Assembly (NCBI GenBank): GCA_012267425.1
Contig: JAAXGO010000073.1
Location: 1 to 49,554 of the forward strand
Length of the DNA stretch: 49,554 nt
Direction: 5' to 3'
Origin: Rhodothermales bacterium
GTDB taxonomy: Bacteria; Bacteroidota; Rhodothermia; Rhodothermales; Bin80
Position 1 is the stretch's first letter. Each line of letters begins with the position of its first letter. The position numbers and the translations under genes were made by a program. The notes beneath the pieces are model-generated. The model made no database searches and was not told the origin of the DNA. It saw only the letters and a program-made list of their open reading frames with translations. Shown piece by piece: positions 17,825 through 27,961 of this stretch.

Positions 17825-19132
17825 ATGACCGACTTAGCCACACAGGACCCCGCCATTTTCAGTGCCGTCAGGGGTGAGGTTGCGCGCCAGAATAACGGTA
17901 TCGAACTCATTGCGTCCGAAAATTTCGTTTCTCGGGCTGTACTGCAGGCGATGGGATCTCCGCTGACGAACAAATATGCGGAGGGCCTTCCCGGCAGGCG
18001 GTACTATGGGGGCTGTGACCAAGTGGACCGGGCCGAAGCCCTGGCACGCGAGCGAGCGCGTGAGCTTTTCGGCTGCGACTGGGTCAACGTGCAGCCGCAT
18101 TCGGGGGCATCGGCGAATGCGGCTGTCTATCTCACGCTTCTCAAGCCGGGAGACACGTTTTTGGGGCTTGACCTGTCACATGGGGGGCACCTCACGCACG
18201 GCAGCCCAGTCAATTTTTCGGGACTTCTGTACCGCGCCGAATACTACGGCGTAGAAAGAAGTGGCCCCCTAGCGGGCCGAATTGACATGAACCGTGTGCG
18301 GGACCGCGCTCTGGTGGTTGGACCGAAGATGATCTCCATTGGTGCGAGTGCCTATTCGCGGGATTTCGATTATGCTGCCTTCCGGTCGATAGCCGACGAG
18401 GTGGGAGCGTTTCTGTGGATGGACATGGCACATCCCGCCGGGCTCATCGCGGCGGGCGAACTCAGCAATCCGCTGCCTCATGCGCACGTCGTTTCCACAA
18501 CGACCCACAAGACGTTGCGTGGACCGCGTGGCGGTATGTTGCTTATCGGGAACGATTTCGAAAACCCTTTCGGCAAGGTTGCACGGAAAAGCGGACGCGT
18601 ACGGAACATGAGCGAACTCTTCGATTCTGCTGTCTTCCCGGGAACGCAGGGAGGACCCTTGATGCACGTCATTGCTGCTAAGGCCGTATCCTTTCTGGAG
18701 GCGCTTGACCCTGCGTTCAAAGCGTACGCCCGACAGGTCGTGATAAACGCTCGAGCTATGGCTGACGAATTCCTCAGGCGCGGCTATGACGTGGTCTCGG
18801 GCGGAACGGACAACCACATGGCCCTCATTGATCTGCGTAGTCGGGGGATTACGGGAGTGGTCGCCGAACGGGCGCTGCAAGCCGCCGAAATCACGGTCAA
18901 TAAGAACATGGTCCCCTTCGATGATAAGAGCCCTTTCGTTACGAGTGGCATTCGTGTCGGGACCGCAGCCATGACCACGCGCGGGTTTGGCAAAAGCACG
19001 TTCAGGGAGGTCGTCCGGATGATCGACCGCGTACTCAACCACGTCGGAGACGAATCCGTTGGGCGGGAGGTGAAAGGCGAGGTGCTGGAGCTCTGCAGGC
19101 ACCATCCGTTGTACGACTTTGTTACAGCGTAG
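17825..19132 (+). CDS. glyA: Serine hydroxymethyltransferase
   Basis: Full-length 435 aa. Motifs: [39 protein letters not shown] and the PLP-lysine motif [16 protein letters not shown]. Confidence 0.97.
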   Translation: MTDLATQDPAIFSAVRGEVARQNNGIELIASENFVSRAVLQAMGSPLTNKYAEGLPGRRYYGGCDQVDRAEALARERARELFGCDWVNVQPHSGASANAAVYLTLLKPGDTFLGLDLSHGGHLTHGSPVNFSGLLYRAEYYGVERSGPLAGRIDMNRVRDRALVVGPKMISIGASAYSRDFDYAAFRSIADEVGAFLWMDMAHPAGLIAAGELSNPLPHAHVVSTTTHKTLRGPRGGMLLIGNDFENPFGKVARKSGRVRNMSELFDSAVFPGTQGGPLMHVIAAKAVSFLEALDPAFKAYARQVVINARAMADEFLRRGYDVVSGGTDNHMALIDLRSRGITGVVAERALQAAEITVNKNMVPFDDKSPFVTSGIRVGTAAMTTRGFGKSTFREVVRMIDRVLNHVGDESVGREVKGEVLELCRHHPLYDFVTA

Positions 19133-19209
19133 GCTACCCGCGGCCTGCGAACCGGGTGCGCCCGCCGAAGTATATCTGAACCCGAGCCGGCACTTCGTGA
19201 AGACCAGGG

Positions 19210-19809
19210 ATGGCCACAGCGCTGCATAACCCGATCCTCTACGCAGATCTAAGAGATCTCGGTCGGCGCCTCTATGAGCAGTCTTTGGTACGTCGGGAAG
19301 ACGAGTACATCACCGATCCTCGCGGCAAGCCGATCGGCTGGTTGCTTGATACTAGAATCCCGATGCTTTCTGGGCCGATGGCGCAGGAGGTAGGCCAGGT
19401 CATTGCCTCCCGAATGCGTGGGCGAGGCATCGTCCAAGTGGCCGGCTACGGATTTGGCGCCTATTCAATGGTGTGTTCGACAATCAGTGCTCCGGGGCAC
19501 CCGACCATGCGTGGAGGGTTTATTCGAGACGGACGCAAGCCACATGGTCGCCGCAGGCTCGTCGAAGGCCCGCTGCAACGGCACGAGCCTACCGTTTTGC
19601 TCGACGACATTCTCAACAGCGGCAGAAGTGCACTTCGTGCGCTCGGCTTCTTAAGGAACGAAGGGTTCGACGTGGTGGGTCTTGCCACGCTCTTCGACTT
19701 TACCTGGAGCGGAGGCCGCACTTGCGTCGAAGCACATGGCCTGTGGGTGGATTCGCTTATTGAGCTCAACCTGCGCGAAGTCGCACCGAGCAGCTCCGAC
19801 TCTGCCTGA
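19210..19809 (+). CDS. Phosphoribosyltransferase-family protein (orotate PRTase-like)
   Basis: PRPP-binding motif VLLDDILNSGRSALRA, followed by GFDVVGLATLFD. 199 aa. Confidence 0.7.
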   Translation: MATALHNPILYADLRDLGRRLYEQSLVRREDEYITDPRGKPIGWLLDTRIPMLSGPMAQEVGQVIASRMRGRGIVQVAGYGFGAYSMVCSTISAPGHPTMRGGFIRDGRKPHGRRRLVEGPLQRHEPTVLLDDILNSGRSALRALGFLRNEGFDVVGLATLFDFTWSGGRTCVEAHGLWVDSLIELNLREVAPSSSDSA

Positions 19810-19926
19810 GTGAGGATCACCACGCCACGAACCATGAAACTCCGACTTCCGCTTCTTAGCAGACCGGTGTCATCTCCGCAGCTCACCGAGGGCACGCAGG
19901 GAGACGGCTTGGCGAGTGCTGGGGAC

Positions 19927-20718
19927 ATGCCCTTTTTGGACCATCTAGAAGATTTGCGGTGGAGCCTAATAAGGGGCGTGTCAGCAATCGTGGTGATGAC
20001 GATCGTGGCGGCGTTTTTCAGTGATTGGATCACTGACGTGATCCTGATGGGCCCCGCCCGGGCAGATTTTTTCATGTACGATGTTTTCGGGATCGAGGCG
20101 AAGACACTTACCCTGCAGAGTCGCAATCCGACAGGTCAGTTCTTTGCCCACATGGGTATCATACTTGCTATCGGGGTGATACTCGGGTTGCCTGTCTTCA
20201 TCTATAACATGTGGAGCTTCATCGAGCCTGGGTTGTACCCGAGCGAAAAATCAGGCATGCGGTATGTGTCGTTTTTCGCCACGTTTTTCTTCATGCTCGG
20301 TTTGACGTTCGGCTACTGCGTCACGACGCCACTGGCACTGCAATTCTTTAACAACTATATCATCAGTGACCTGATTGTCAACGAATTTGACATCACCCGA
20401 TATTTTTCCATGGTGACGTGGTGGGCATTCGGGGCCGGTATTTTGTTTGAGCTGCCGGTTGCGATCTATTTTCTGGCGAAGCTCGGTTTTGCCACGCCGC
20501 AGAGACTTCGGAAGTCTCGCTACTATGCTTGGATCGGTATTCTAGCTGCGGCAGCCTTCCTTACGCCCCCCGACCCCGGATCCATGATCATCGTAGCAGT
20601 GCCTATTGCGCTGCTTTACGAGTGCTCCATCTTCATTGCGGCCTTCGCCATCCGCCGCCGCGAGAAGGAGCTCAAGATAGCCTGGGGTGACCTGCCAGAG
20701 AAAAAAAAGAAGTCATAG
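19927..20718 (+). CDS. tatC: Twin-arginine translocase subunit TatC
   Basis: MPFLDHLEDLRWSLIRG is the conserved TatC N-terminus (ATG at 19927). The track ORF starts at GTG 19810 and adds 39 non-conserved residues. Six TM segments, plus the FEL and LTPPD motifs. Confidence 0.92.
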   Translation: MPFLDHLEDLRWSLIRGVSAIVVMTIVAAFFSDWITDVILMGPARADFFMYDVFGIEAKTLTLQSRNPTGQFFAHMGIILAIGVILGLPVFIYNMWSFIEPGLYPSEKSGMRYVSFFATFFFMLGLTFGYCVTTPLALQFFNNYIISDLIVNEFDITRYFSMVTWWAFGAGILFELPVAIYFLAKLGFATPQRLRKSRYYAWIGILAAAAFLTPPDPGSMIIVAVPIALLYECSIFIAAFAIRRREKELKIAWGDLPEKKKKS

Positions 20719-20765
20719 GTCGTGCACAGGGTCGACTTCGCCCGCCTCCTGTTGCGAACGGGGTG

Positions 20766-21965
20766 TCACAATCCGATCTGTGACCAGACCCAGGCGAGGG
20801 TCCTCCAGCCGAGGGCTGCGCAGATGACGGTCACCACGACGCCGACAGCCAGGTACCACTTCGGGAGCCGAACGGCACTTTGGCGAGCGGTTAGGTAGAG
20901 TACGAAGCCTGCCATGAAGGGAAGCAGCAGCCCGTTCGCTGCCTGGGCGGCTATGATGATTTCGAGTGGATTATGCCCGATCAGTGCGAATACGAGGCCT
21001 GTTGCGAGGACGGAGAGCCAGACCCCCCGAAAGCCAATGTGCTTGGGATCCTCGGACCAGTTAAATATCTCTCGCACGCCGAGCGCGGCGGCCAACGGAG
21101 CGGTAATGGCGGACGTGACGCCCGCAGCGGCCAAACCAAGCCCGAAAAGTAGCCCCGCGGCAGGGCCCGCGGCGGGTTCGATGAGGGGCGCAAGATCCGC
21201 GATGGAGTTCACCTCTGTCCCCGTGCCGGCGAGCGAGGCCCCGGCAATGAGGATAGCAATGGAAATGATACCACCTGCGGGCAAGAAAATCGCCATGCCG
21301 ATCATCTCACGCCGCCATGCTTGATGTGGTTCGGTTCCCGCCCAGTAGCCCTTGGTCGCGCTCGCGTGGAGGAAGAGGTTGTAGGCGACAACCGTTGTAC
21401 CAATGAGGGCGACCACACGCAGGATTGCTCCCGCGGGAATCGACGGAACTGCGACGCCACGGACCACCGCATTCCAGTCAACCGGCGCCAAGATGGCAGT
21501 GGCTATGAAGACGACGCTCATGAGGGCGACGAGGGCGGCCAACAGAGTTGTCAATACCTTGAGATCGAGCACCAGGATGACAGCCGCTGCGACGGTCAAG
21601 AGTACAACGATCAGCCTACTCCTTAACGCGCCGCCGGTTAGGATTTCGAGGCCTGCCGCTGCACCGAGGAGGTTTCCGGTTTCAAAGGCCGCTGCACCGA
21701 TCCAGAGGCCGAGAATCACCAGCGAAAACACGATGACCCGCTGCACGTGCCCTCGCGTAGCCTCGCGCATCGCTTCGCCGACGCCCATTCCCGCCAGGAT
21801 GCCCGTACCAGCCGTGAATGACTGCAAAACGAACGTAGCGCCAACGGCGAAAAGTAGAACCCAAGCGAGGTCGTAGCCAAAATCTACTCCTGCCGTCGCG
21901 CAGGTCAGCACCGTTCCTGGTCCCACAAATGCAGCTACGATCAGAGACGAGGTGCCGAGTTTCAA
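20766..21965 (-). CDS. mntH: Nramp-family divalent metal cation transporter
   Basis: AAFVGPGTVLTCATAG (the DPG-like motif region of Nramp) and about 11 TM helices. 399 aa. Confidence 0.8.
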   Translation of the reverse strand: MKLGTSSLIVAAFVGPGTVLTCATAGVDFGYDLAWVLLFAVGATFVLQSFTAGTGILAGMGVGEAMREATRGHVQRVIVFSLVILGLWIGAAAFETGNLLGAAAGLEILTGGALRSRLIVVLLTVAAAVILVLDLKVLTTLLAALVALMSVVFIATAILAPVDWNAVVRGVAVPSIPAGAILRVVALIGTTVVAYNLFLHASATKGYWAGTEPHQAWRREMIGMAIFLPAGGIISIAILIAGASLAGTGTEVNSIADLAPLIEPAAGPAAGLLFGLGLAAAGVTSAITAPLAAALGVREIFNWSEDPKHIGFRGVWLSVLATGLVFALIGHNPLEIIIAAQAANGLLLPFMAGFVLYLTARQSAVRLPKWYLAVGVVVTVICAALGWRTLAWVWSQIGL

Positions 21966-22019
21966 GGGTCAGCGCTTGGGTAAGATGTTCGGATCGCTGG
22001 AGCGGACGACATCAGATAT

Positions 22020-23162
22020 TCAAGCAACTTCCCACGTGTCGCCGCTTCTCAAAAGGTGGTTGAGGTTTCCTTTGCCGCGCTTTCTGGTTACGAATTTGAT
22101 CTGCCGATGGAGCAGCATTTCGAATGAGTCCCGCCTCTCGCTGAAAAACACGCCGATCGGGCGCGGCAAGTCGGGATTCCGTGACATGCGCGATGCGATG
22201 CCAGCTAGTTCCGAACTGGATTCATCGTAGACGATGGCGTCGTCAAGCGACCAATCTCCCGAGGTGAGATCGATGGAAACGGGACGGAATCCGTCGAGCC
22301 GGACGGCCTTGTTTCCGTGATCGTAGACCATCGGCTTGCCGTGCTCGAGTCGCACGGTGCGAAGGGCCTTCGTGGCTTTCTCGGTAAAATCAAAAAAGGC
22401 ACCGTCGTTGTAAATGTTGCAGTTCTGATAGATCTCGACAAACGCTGCGCCAGTGTGTGCGTGGGCCCTTCGGACAATCTCCGTCATATGCTTCACGTCA
22501 CGGTCCGTAGTGCGGGCTACGAAGGAGGCCGCCGCGCCCAGGGCCACCGACACCGGATTGAACGGATAGGTGAGCGATCCGTAGGGTGTACTCTTCGTTA
22601 CCTTGCCGATTTCCGAAGTGGGGCTGAATTGCCCTTTGGTGAGTCCGTAAATCTGATTGTTAAAAAGCAGGATCTGCACGTTGATGTTGCGCCGCAGCAC
22701 GTGGATCAGATGATTGCCACCGATCGAAAGTGCGTCCCCGTCGCCGGTAACAATCCACACATCGAGATCCGGTCGCGACGCCTTGAGACCGGTCGCGAAC
22801 GTCGGCGCACGACCGTGGATTGTGTGCATCCCGTACGCATTCATGTAGTATGGAAACCGGCTTGAACAGCCGATGCCACTGATGAAGACCAGATTTTCTT
22901 TCGGAATGCCAAGACTCGGAAGGAGCCGCTGCACAGAGGCCAGAATTGCATAGTCTCCGCAGCCGGGACACCAGCGGACGTCTTGATCACTTGAGAAGTC
23001 TTTTCGCTTAAGCCCGGTTGGCACGCCGTTGCCGCCTGCAGGCCGTACGGAGCGGCTGCGTGTTGTTTTCGGTCCTGCGGCGAATCCAGGAGGCATTTTG
23101 CGCGCTTTTGATCCCGGGGCGAATCCGGGCGGCAGCTTAGGGGGCTTTTTACCTTTGGACAT
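22020..23162 (-). CDS. korB: 2-oxoacid:ferredoxin oxidoreductase, beta (TPP-binding) subunit
   Basis: Motifs: WCPGCGDYAIL, GIGCSSRFPYYM, VTGDGDALSIGGNHLIHVLRRN. A basic Pro/Lys-rich N-terminal extension of about 50 aa precedes them. Confidence 0.92.
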   Translation of the reverse strand: MSKGKKPPKLPPGFAPGSKARKMPPGFAAGPKTTRSRSVRPAGGNGVPTGLKRKDFSSDQDVRWCPGCGDYAILASVQRLLPSLGIPKENLVFISGIGCSSRFPYYMNAYGMHTIHGRAPTFATGLKASRPDLDVWIVTGDGDALSIGGNHLIHVLRRNINVQILLFNNQIYGLTKGQFSPTSEIGKVTKSTPYGSLTYPFNPVSVALGAAASFVARTTDRDVKHMTEIVRRAHAHTGAAFVEIYQNCNIYNDGAFFDFTEKATKALRTVRLEHGKPMVYDHGNKAVRLDGFRPVSIDLTSGDWSLDDAIVYDESSSELAGIASRMSRNPDLPRPIGVFFSERRDSFEMLLHRQIKFVTRKRGKGNLNHLLRSGDTWEVA

Positions 23163-23175
23163 GGACGTTCGGTTT

Positions 23176-25101
23176 TTAGACTGCGTTGTGGAGCCCGACT
23201 ATGGCATCTTCGATTTCGCCTGCCTTGAAGGGCTGTCCCTGAATCTTGTTTAGCGGTGTAAACGGCAGGAGAAACCGGTCGCGGAGTAGCCGTATCAGCT
23301 GGCCCTTGTTGAGCTCGGGCACCAGGAAGTGTTCGAACCGGCAGAAGATTGCGCCCAGATCCAGCGGAAGCGGATTAACGAATGTGAGGTGGACGCTGCC
23401 TACCTCGTATCCGCGTCTCCGTACGCGATCCACCGCGACTTCGATTGCCCCGCGGGTTGATCCCCATCCCACGACTAGCACGCTGCCTTCGGTATCCCCG
23501 TGAACGGCGGTTGGCAGTATGTCCTGCGTGACGCGCTCGACTTTTTCGGCGCGCAAATCTGTCATGAGTTGGTGGTTTTTCGGGTCATAGGACACATTAC
23601 CAGTTTCGTGCTCCTTCTCGAGGCCTCCGAGCCGATGCTCTAGGCCTGGTGTTCCCGGGCGCACCCAGGGGCGAGACAGCGTCTCTTCATTACGCACGTA
23701 GGGCAGAAAGGCAGGCTTGCCGCCAATCGTCCGGTTAGGATTTTTTGCGAATGTAACCGGAAAATCGTTTAAGTCCTCAACCCGGGGGATGCGCCATGGC
23801 TCGGAGCCGTTGGCCATGTATCCGTCGGCCAACAGAATGACCGGTGTCATATACTTTATGGCTACACGGCAGGCTTCGTAGGTAGCGAAAAAACAGTCAC
23901 CTGGCGTGGATGCGGCAATGACCGGCAGCGGGGCCTCGCCGTTACGGCCGAACATGGCCTGCAGCAGATCACTTTGTTCCGTCTTGGTGGGCAGACCCGT
24001 CGACGGGCCACCGCGCTGAACGTCAATGATGACCATTGGGAGCTCCATCATCACCGCCAGCCCGATACCTTCTGCCTTGAGTGCAAGCCCGGGGCCGCTC
24101 GTTGCGCATACGCCGAGGTTGCCGCCGAAGGCTGCACCGATCGTGGCACCGATTGCCGCCATCTCGTCTTCTGCCTGGAAGGTCATCACCCCGAAATTCT
24201 TGTACCGGCTGAGCTCGTGGAGGAGCTCGGACGCCGGCGTGATCGGGTAGCTGCTATAAAAGAGGTCAAGCCCGCTGCGCTCGCTTGCCGCGATGAGTCC
24301 AAGTGCAATTGCTTCTGCGCCCCGCACCGCCCGATACAGCCCGGGTTCGAGCCGTGCAGGCCGGACTTCGAACCGGGAAATGAAGTCTTCGGTCGTTTCG
24401 CCGTAGTGGTATCCCTTTTTTAGGACGTGAACGTTCGCATCGCGAATGTCCGGCGCCTTGGCAAATTTCTGCTTCAGCCATTCTATGGCCGGATTCATCG
24501 GCCTTGAATAGAGCCACAGCGCGAGCCCGAGGGCAAACATGTTCTTGCACCGATCCACCACTTTCCGGTCGAGTCCCCGATCCTTGAGCGCTTCACGCGT
24601 CATTTTCGTCAGCTCGACTTGGAAGACCTGGTAGGTCCTGAGAACGGTAGGATTGGCGAGGGGATCGGCTGTGCCGTAGCCAGCCAACTTCAGGTTGTGT
24701 GCGGTAAACGCATTCTTGTTGACCATGATGGCGCCGCCACGCCGGACTCTGGACAGGTTAACCTTCAGAGCTGCGGGATTCATGGCAACGAGGAGGTCTA
24801 CCTCGTCGCCGGGCGTACGAATGTTCACCGACCCGAAATGAAGCTGGTAGCCGCTTACCCCGTAGGTCGTCCCCGCTGGAGCGCGGATTTCTGCGGGAAA
24901 GTCGGGCAACGTCGCGAGATCATTCAGCGCGAACGCCGTGGCCAGCGTGAATTGCGACCCGGTTAGCTGCATTCCGTCGCCGGAATCGCCAGCGAACAGA
25001 ATTGTTGCTTCGTCGAGCGGCTGGACCGGCTTCAGAGTACCTGGGGCCATGTCTTCGGCGGCTGGCGTTTCCATATTCGACTCGGTGGGACTCACGGGCA
25101 C
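23176..25101 (-). CDS. korA: 2-oxoacid:ferredoxin oxidoreductase, alpha subunit
   Basis: 641 aa. Fused gamma-like N-terminal domain (ILFAGDSGDGMQLTG) and alpha domain (YPITPASELLHEL, GPGLALKAEGIGLAVMMELPMVIIDVQRGGPSTGLPTK). Adjacent to korB with a 13-nt gap. Confidence 0.92.
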   Translation of the reverse strand: MPVSPTESNMETPAAEDMAPGTLKPVQPLDEATILFAGDSGDGMQLTGSQFTLATAFALNDLATLPDFPAEIRAPAGTTYGVSGYQLHFGSVNIRTPGDEVDLLVAMNPAALKVNLSRVRRGGAIMVNKNAFTAHNLKLAGYGTADPLANPTVLRTYQVFQVELTKMTREALKDRGLDRKVVDRCKNMFALGLALWLYSRPMNPAIEWLKQKFAKAPDIRDANVHVLKKGYHYGETTEDFISRFEVRPARLEPGLYRAVRGAEAIALGLIAASERSGLDLFYSSYPITPASELLHELSRYKNFGVMTFQAEDEMAAIGATIGAAFGGNLGVCATSGPGLALKAEGIGLAVMMELPMVIIDVQRGGPSTGLPTKTEQSDLLQAMFGRNGEAPLPVIAASTPGDCFFATYEACRVAIKYMTPVILLADGYMANGSEPWRIPRVEDLNDFPVTFAKNPNRTIGGKPAFLPYVRNEETLSRPWVRPGTPGLEHRLGGLEKEHETGNVSYDPKNHQLMTDLRAEKVERVTQDILPTAVHGDTEGSVLVVGWGSTRGAIEVAVDRVRRRGYEVGSVHLTFVNPLPLDLGAIFCRFEHFLVPELNKGQLIRLLRDRFLLPFTPLNKIQGQPFKAGEIEDAIVGLHNAV

Positions 25102-25272
25102 AATTACGGGTTAATTATGCTGGAACCGCAACGAAAAAATTTGGTTGCAACCAGGTCGATGCATGAAATATCCTGGGATGTCGAGCTCAGCTTGGCACAG
25201 CCAAACGGGGCGGCCGCAAAACCCAGGTAAACGGTTTATCTCGTCCAATACGCTTGAAGCTGAATACGAGCC

Positions 25273-25662
25273 GTGCCAATGGTTCCCTATGTAGCTATCA
25301 CGAAGGGGATTACGGTGACTGTTCGGCCCGTCTACATCGATCGCGATTCGGATTACTTCGAAAAGCGTTTTGTGTTCGGGTATTTCGTGCAGATTGCGAA
25401 CAGTGGCGACGCTGCTGTACGGCTCTTGAGGCGATTCTGGCGAATCGAGGAGGCGGGTGGTCGTATTCAGGAAGTTGACGGGATGGGCGTAATCGGCAAG
25501 CAGCCCCTCATTGAACCGGGAAAGGACCATACCTACAGTAGCTACTGTGTGCTGCAGACGTTTAATGGGACAATGGAAGGCTACTACACGATGGAGCGTT
25601 CGGGCGGCGAGCAGTTCAGAGTTGCGATTCCAAAGTTCGATCTCTGGGCGATGGCGAATTAA
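25273..25662 (+). CDS. apaG: ApaG (DUF525) protein
   Basis: ITVTVRPVYIDRDSDYFEKRFVFGYFVQIANSG...RRFWRIEEAGGRIQEVDGMGVIGKQPLIEPG..YSSYCVL..GTMEGYY is the characteristic ApaG pattern. The start is GTG 25273 or ATG 25279. Confidence 0.88.
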   Translation: MPMVPYVAITKGITVTVRPVYIDRDSDYFEKRFVFGYFVQIANSGDAAVRLLRRFWRIEEAGGRIQEVDGMGVIGKQPLIEPGKDHTYSSYCVLQTFNGTMEGYYTMERSGGEQFRVAIPKFDLWAMAN

Positions 25663-25897
25663 TTCCTCTCGCATCTTTTTCGTATTCCGGGCAATCTTCA
25701 GTTGGTAATGCGGGAGTCTGGGTTCCTTTCTTCTATTTCGGGCAATCCAATGCCGCATGTATGTTTACGGATTCCTGGAGCCGAAATGATCGTCATGCGG
25801 GGCCGCCGGACATATTTTCGGACTCATTGGCTGTCAACTCAGAATCGTCCGCGGTAGGGAGTCGGATGGAATCGGTTTGTTTGCGGGGGCGGAGGCA

Positions 25898-27055
25898 CTA
25901 TGTCACAGTTGACAGTGTGTCGCCGATCGGAAAAAAATGTGAAACCTGCGGCGCACGTGCACGGACGAGCATCGCTTCGATGAGGCCCCTGTGCGCGTCC
26001 GGCCGTTCGGCGGCTTCGACTATGCTAGCATGGTCGAGGCCGTTGATCCTGTCATTTGCGGCGCGTAGTGCATCCATAGAGATCTTGAGCGCCACGTCTA
26101 CCGGCATGCGTTCCGGATTGATGTCGATGCCGAAGTACCCGGTGTAGCCATGCATTTTGAGTGTGTAGAGGCCGGTTTCCATCTGCTCTGGAGAGATCAG
26201 TCCCACGTTGAGGTCCTGGTCGTAGTTGCCGAGCGGCTGACTGTTCCAGTGCGTATGTGCGAGACGCCCTTCGCCGAGTGGCCAGCTCAAAGCGTAGGAG
26301 AGATCTTCGTAGCCCATGAGCAGGTGGCCAACTTCCGGGTTCATACACAATAGCTTATGGCCGTCGCCGAGCAGTTTGCGATTCTCTTCGTGGGAGAGCA
26401 TTGCCTCCACCTGCCGGCCTAATAGAACACCCTCCGCAGTCAAGCTGAATAGGATGCGTCCTCGCGGCTCGTAGGGCTTGGGCTCGAATGCTATCCGAAC
26501 TCCTGGCACGGTATCCATGGCTTCGGCGAGGCCTTCAGCGAACCTGCGTCGCATTCCGGCAAGGTCGATGCCGAATGGATTTTCGTAGCCGTCAATTCCG
26601 GGCCACACGACGGAGAAGTCGCAGTCAAACTCCTTTGAAACCTCGAGCGACCGTTTCGTGCGCTCAATGGCCACTCTCCTGGGTTCGTGGAGAGGATTGG
26701 AAAGCGAGCCGAACTCAAACTGCGCGTCATAGAAGAGAAGCGGGATGACTGTGATCAGGCGAATGCCCGTATCGCGTGTGAACTGCTTCCACAGCTCGAC
26801 GTTAGCTTCATTGATTTCGTTGGGATAGTGAGCCTCGAGTCCGTACAGGCCGTAGTCCTTTAGCGAAGCGGCGATGTCCAGGCGCTCTTCGATTGAAAGG
26901 TCTTTCTTGTACTTGGCGTGGAATCGCGTAGCTGCGGGCGAGAAAAACCAGATACCGGCAGTGAAACGTAAGTCCAGATCGAATTCGGAGAGGTGTTTGG
27001 CAAGTGCGTCACCCGTCCGGTGATTGGCTTGCGCTCGCAGGTCCTTTAACGGCAT
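25898..27055 (-). CDS. Xylose-isomerase-like TIM-barrel protein, related to class I XylA but divergent
   Basis: Blocks collinear with class I xylose isomerase: RFTAGIWFF, FEPKPYEPRGRILF, NPEVGHLLMG, HTHWNSQPLGNYDQDLNVG, FGIDINP. ATG at 27055 (MPLKDL...) is preferred over the track start at 27115. Confidence 0.75.
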   Translation of the reverse strand: MPLKDLRAQANHRTGDALAKHLSEFDLDLRFTAGIWFFSPAATRFHAKYKKDLSIEERLDIAASLKDYGLYGLEAHYPNEINEANVELWKQFTRDTGIRLITVIPLLFYDAQFEFGSLSNPLHEPRRVAIERTKRSLEVSKEFDCDFSVVWPGIDGYENPFGIDLAGMRRRFAEGLAEAMDTVPGVRIAFEPKPYEPRGRILFSLTAEGVLLGRQVEAMLSHEENRKLLGDGHKLLCMNPEVGHLLMGYEDLSYALSWPLGEGRLAHTHWNSQPLGNYDQDLNVGLISPEQMETGLYTLKMHGYTGYFGIDINPERMPVDVALKISMDALRAANDRINGLDHASIVEAAERPDAHRGLIEAMLVRARAPQVSHFFPIGDTLSTVT

Positions 27056-27386
27056 AGTACAGGCGGTAACCCAACGAAGCCGCCGGGTCCAGCCCGGCAC
27101 GAAAAGATGCTGCAACGCCGGTCGTGCGGAAATCGTTGCAGGCGAGAATCACGGGAGTGAACTACCGCGAATTCGTACGTAATTCTGGGGACTTTCTATG
27201 CCGCAAGGGTAGTATTACGTAAGTCTTCGACTGTGATACCTGAGAAGCACGAGGTCGCGTGCCGACGCATCTGTGAGGGCCGTGGTTTTCTGCGAGGCTG
27301 TCTCCTGAGGACTTGCGGAACTGGCGTCACCGACTTACGTTGCAGCTGGGATTTCAGTAAGTAACCCCATACGTTAGGAGGTGAAA

Positions 27387-27908
27387 ATGGCAATGCTGAG
27401 AATGACAAACCTTTCCCAGGTTGCGGCCCTGATCGCAGTCGTGTTCGTGGCGCTGGCTGCTCCGCCGGCAAGTGCCCAGGAAGAAGAGGCTAAGAGCGAA
27501 GAGAAGAGCGTTAAAACCAGGGTACACGTGAAAGGGGCTATAAGCGACGAGAGACTTGCCGAATTTGAGAAGCGCTTGAAAGAGGCGCAAGAGCGGCTCC
27601 AACTGACCAACGAACAGATCGAGCCGCTGCTCCAGGTCCTATGGGACAGCTTTGATGCCAGACGGGCCGTCCTTGAGGCGCACGGCATTGAGCTCGAGGA
27701 ATTGGCTGAGGGTGGTGTAACCAACAAGCTCAATCTGCGGCAGCTTCGCGAATTCCGTAGGGACATGGACGAAGTCCACGAGGCGATGTACGCAAAGATT
27801 GGGGAGCAGGGATTTCTCAGCGACGAACAGTTCGCCGAATTTAAGAAGATGCAGGAAGAACAAAGAGAGGCACTGCGCGAAGCGCTCCGCGCCCGTCGCG
27901 ACGGCTGA
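27387..27908 (+). CDS. Periplasmic helical protein, Spy/CpxP-like (LTxxQ motifs)
   Basis: AGGAGG at 27376-27381 precedes ATG 27387. The signal peptide ends at ASAQEE. The protein is highly charged and all-helical, with LQLTNEQ and FLSDEQ repeats resembling the LTxxQ motif. Confidence 0.55.
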   Translation: MAMLRMTNLSQVAALIAVVFVALAAPPASAQEEEAKSEEKSVKTRVHVKGAISDERLAEFEKRLKEAQERLQLTNEQIEPLLQVLWDSFDARRAVLEAHGIELEELAEGGVTNKLNLRQLREFRRDMDEVHEAMYAKIGEQGFLSDEQFAEFKKMQEEQREALREALRARRDG

Positions 27909-27961
27909 TTATTGCCCCGCCCAGGGAATTCCTCAATTCCAGGTTAGAGAAGAGTCGATAA

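Noticed and set aside
25680-25750. Near-repeat ttccgggcaatc / tttcgggcaatcc between apaG and the XylA-like gene.
   Set aside because: It is a single imperfect 12-nt repeat in a convergent intergenic region, with no hairpin or array structure. Likely chance.
27170-27230. Short palindromes in the Spy-like gene's upstream region: TTACGTAA (27215-27222) and GAATT-N7-AATTC around 27169-27185. TACGT-containing strings also recur in the same region.
   Set aside because: They are too short and too few to distinguish from chance without a known regulator motif. Noted only as a possible operator candidate.
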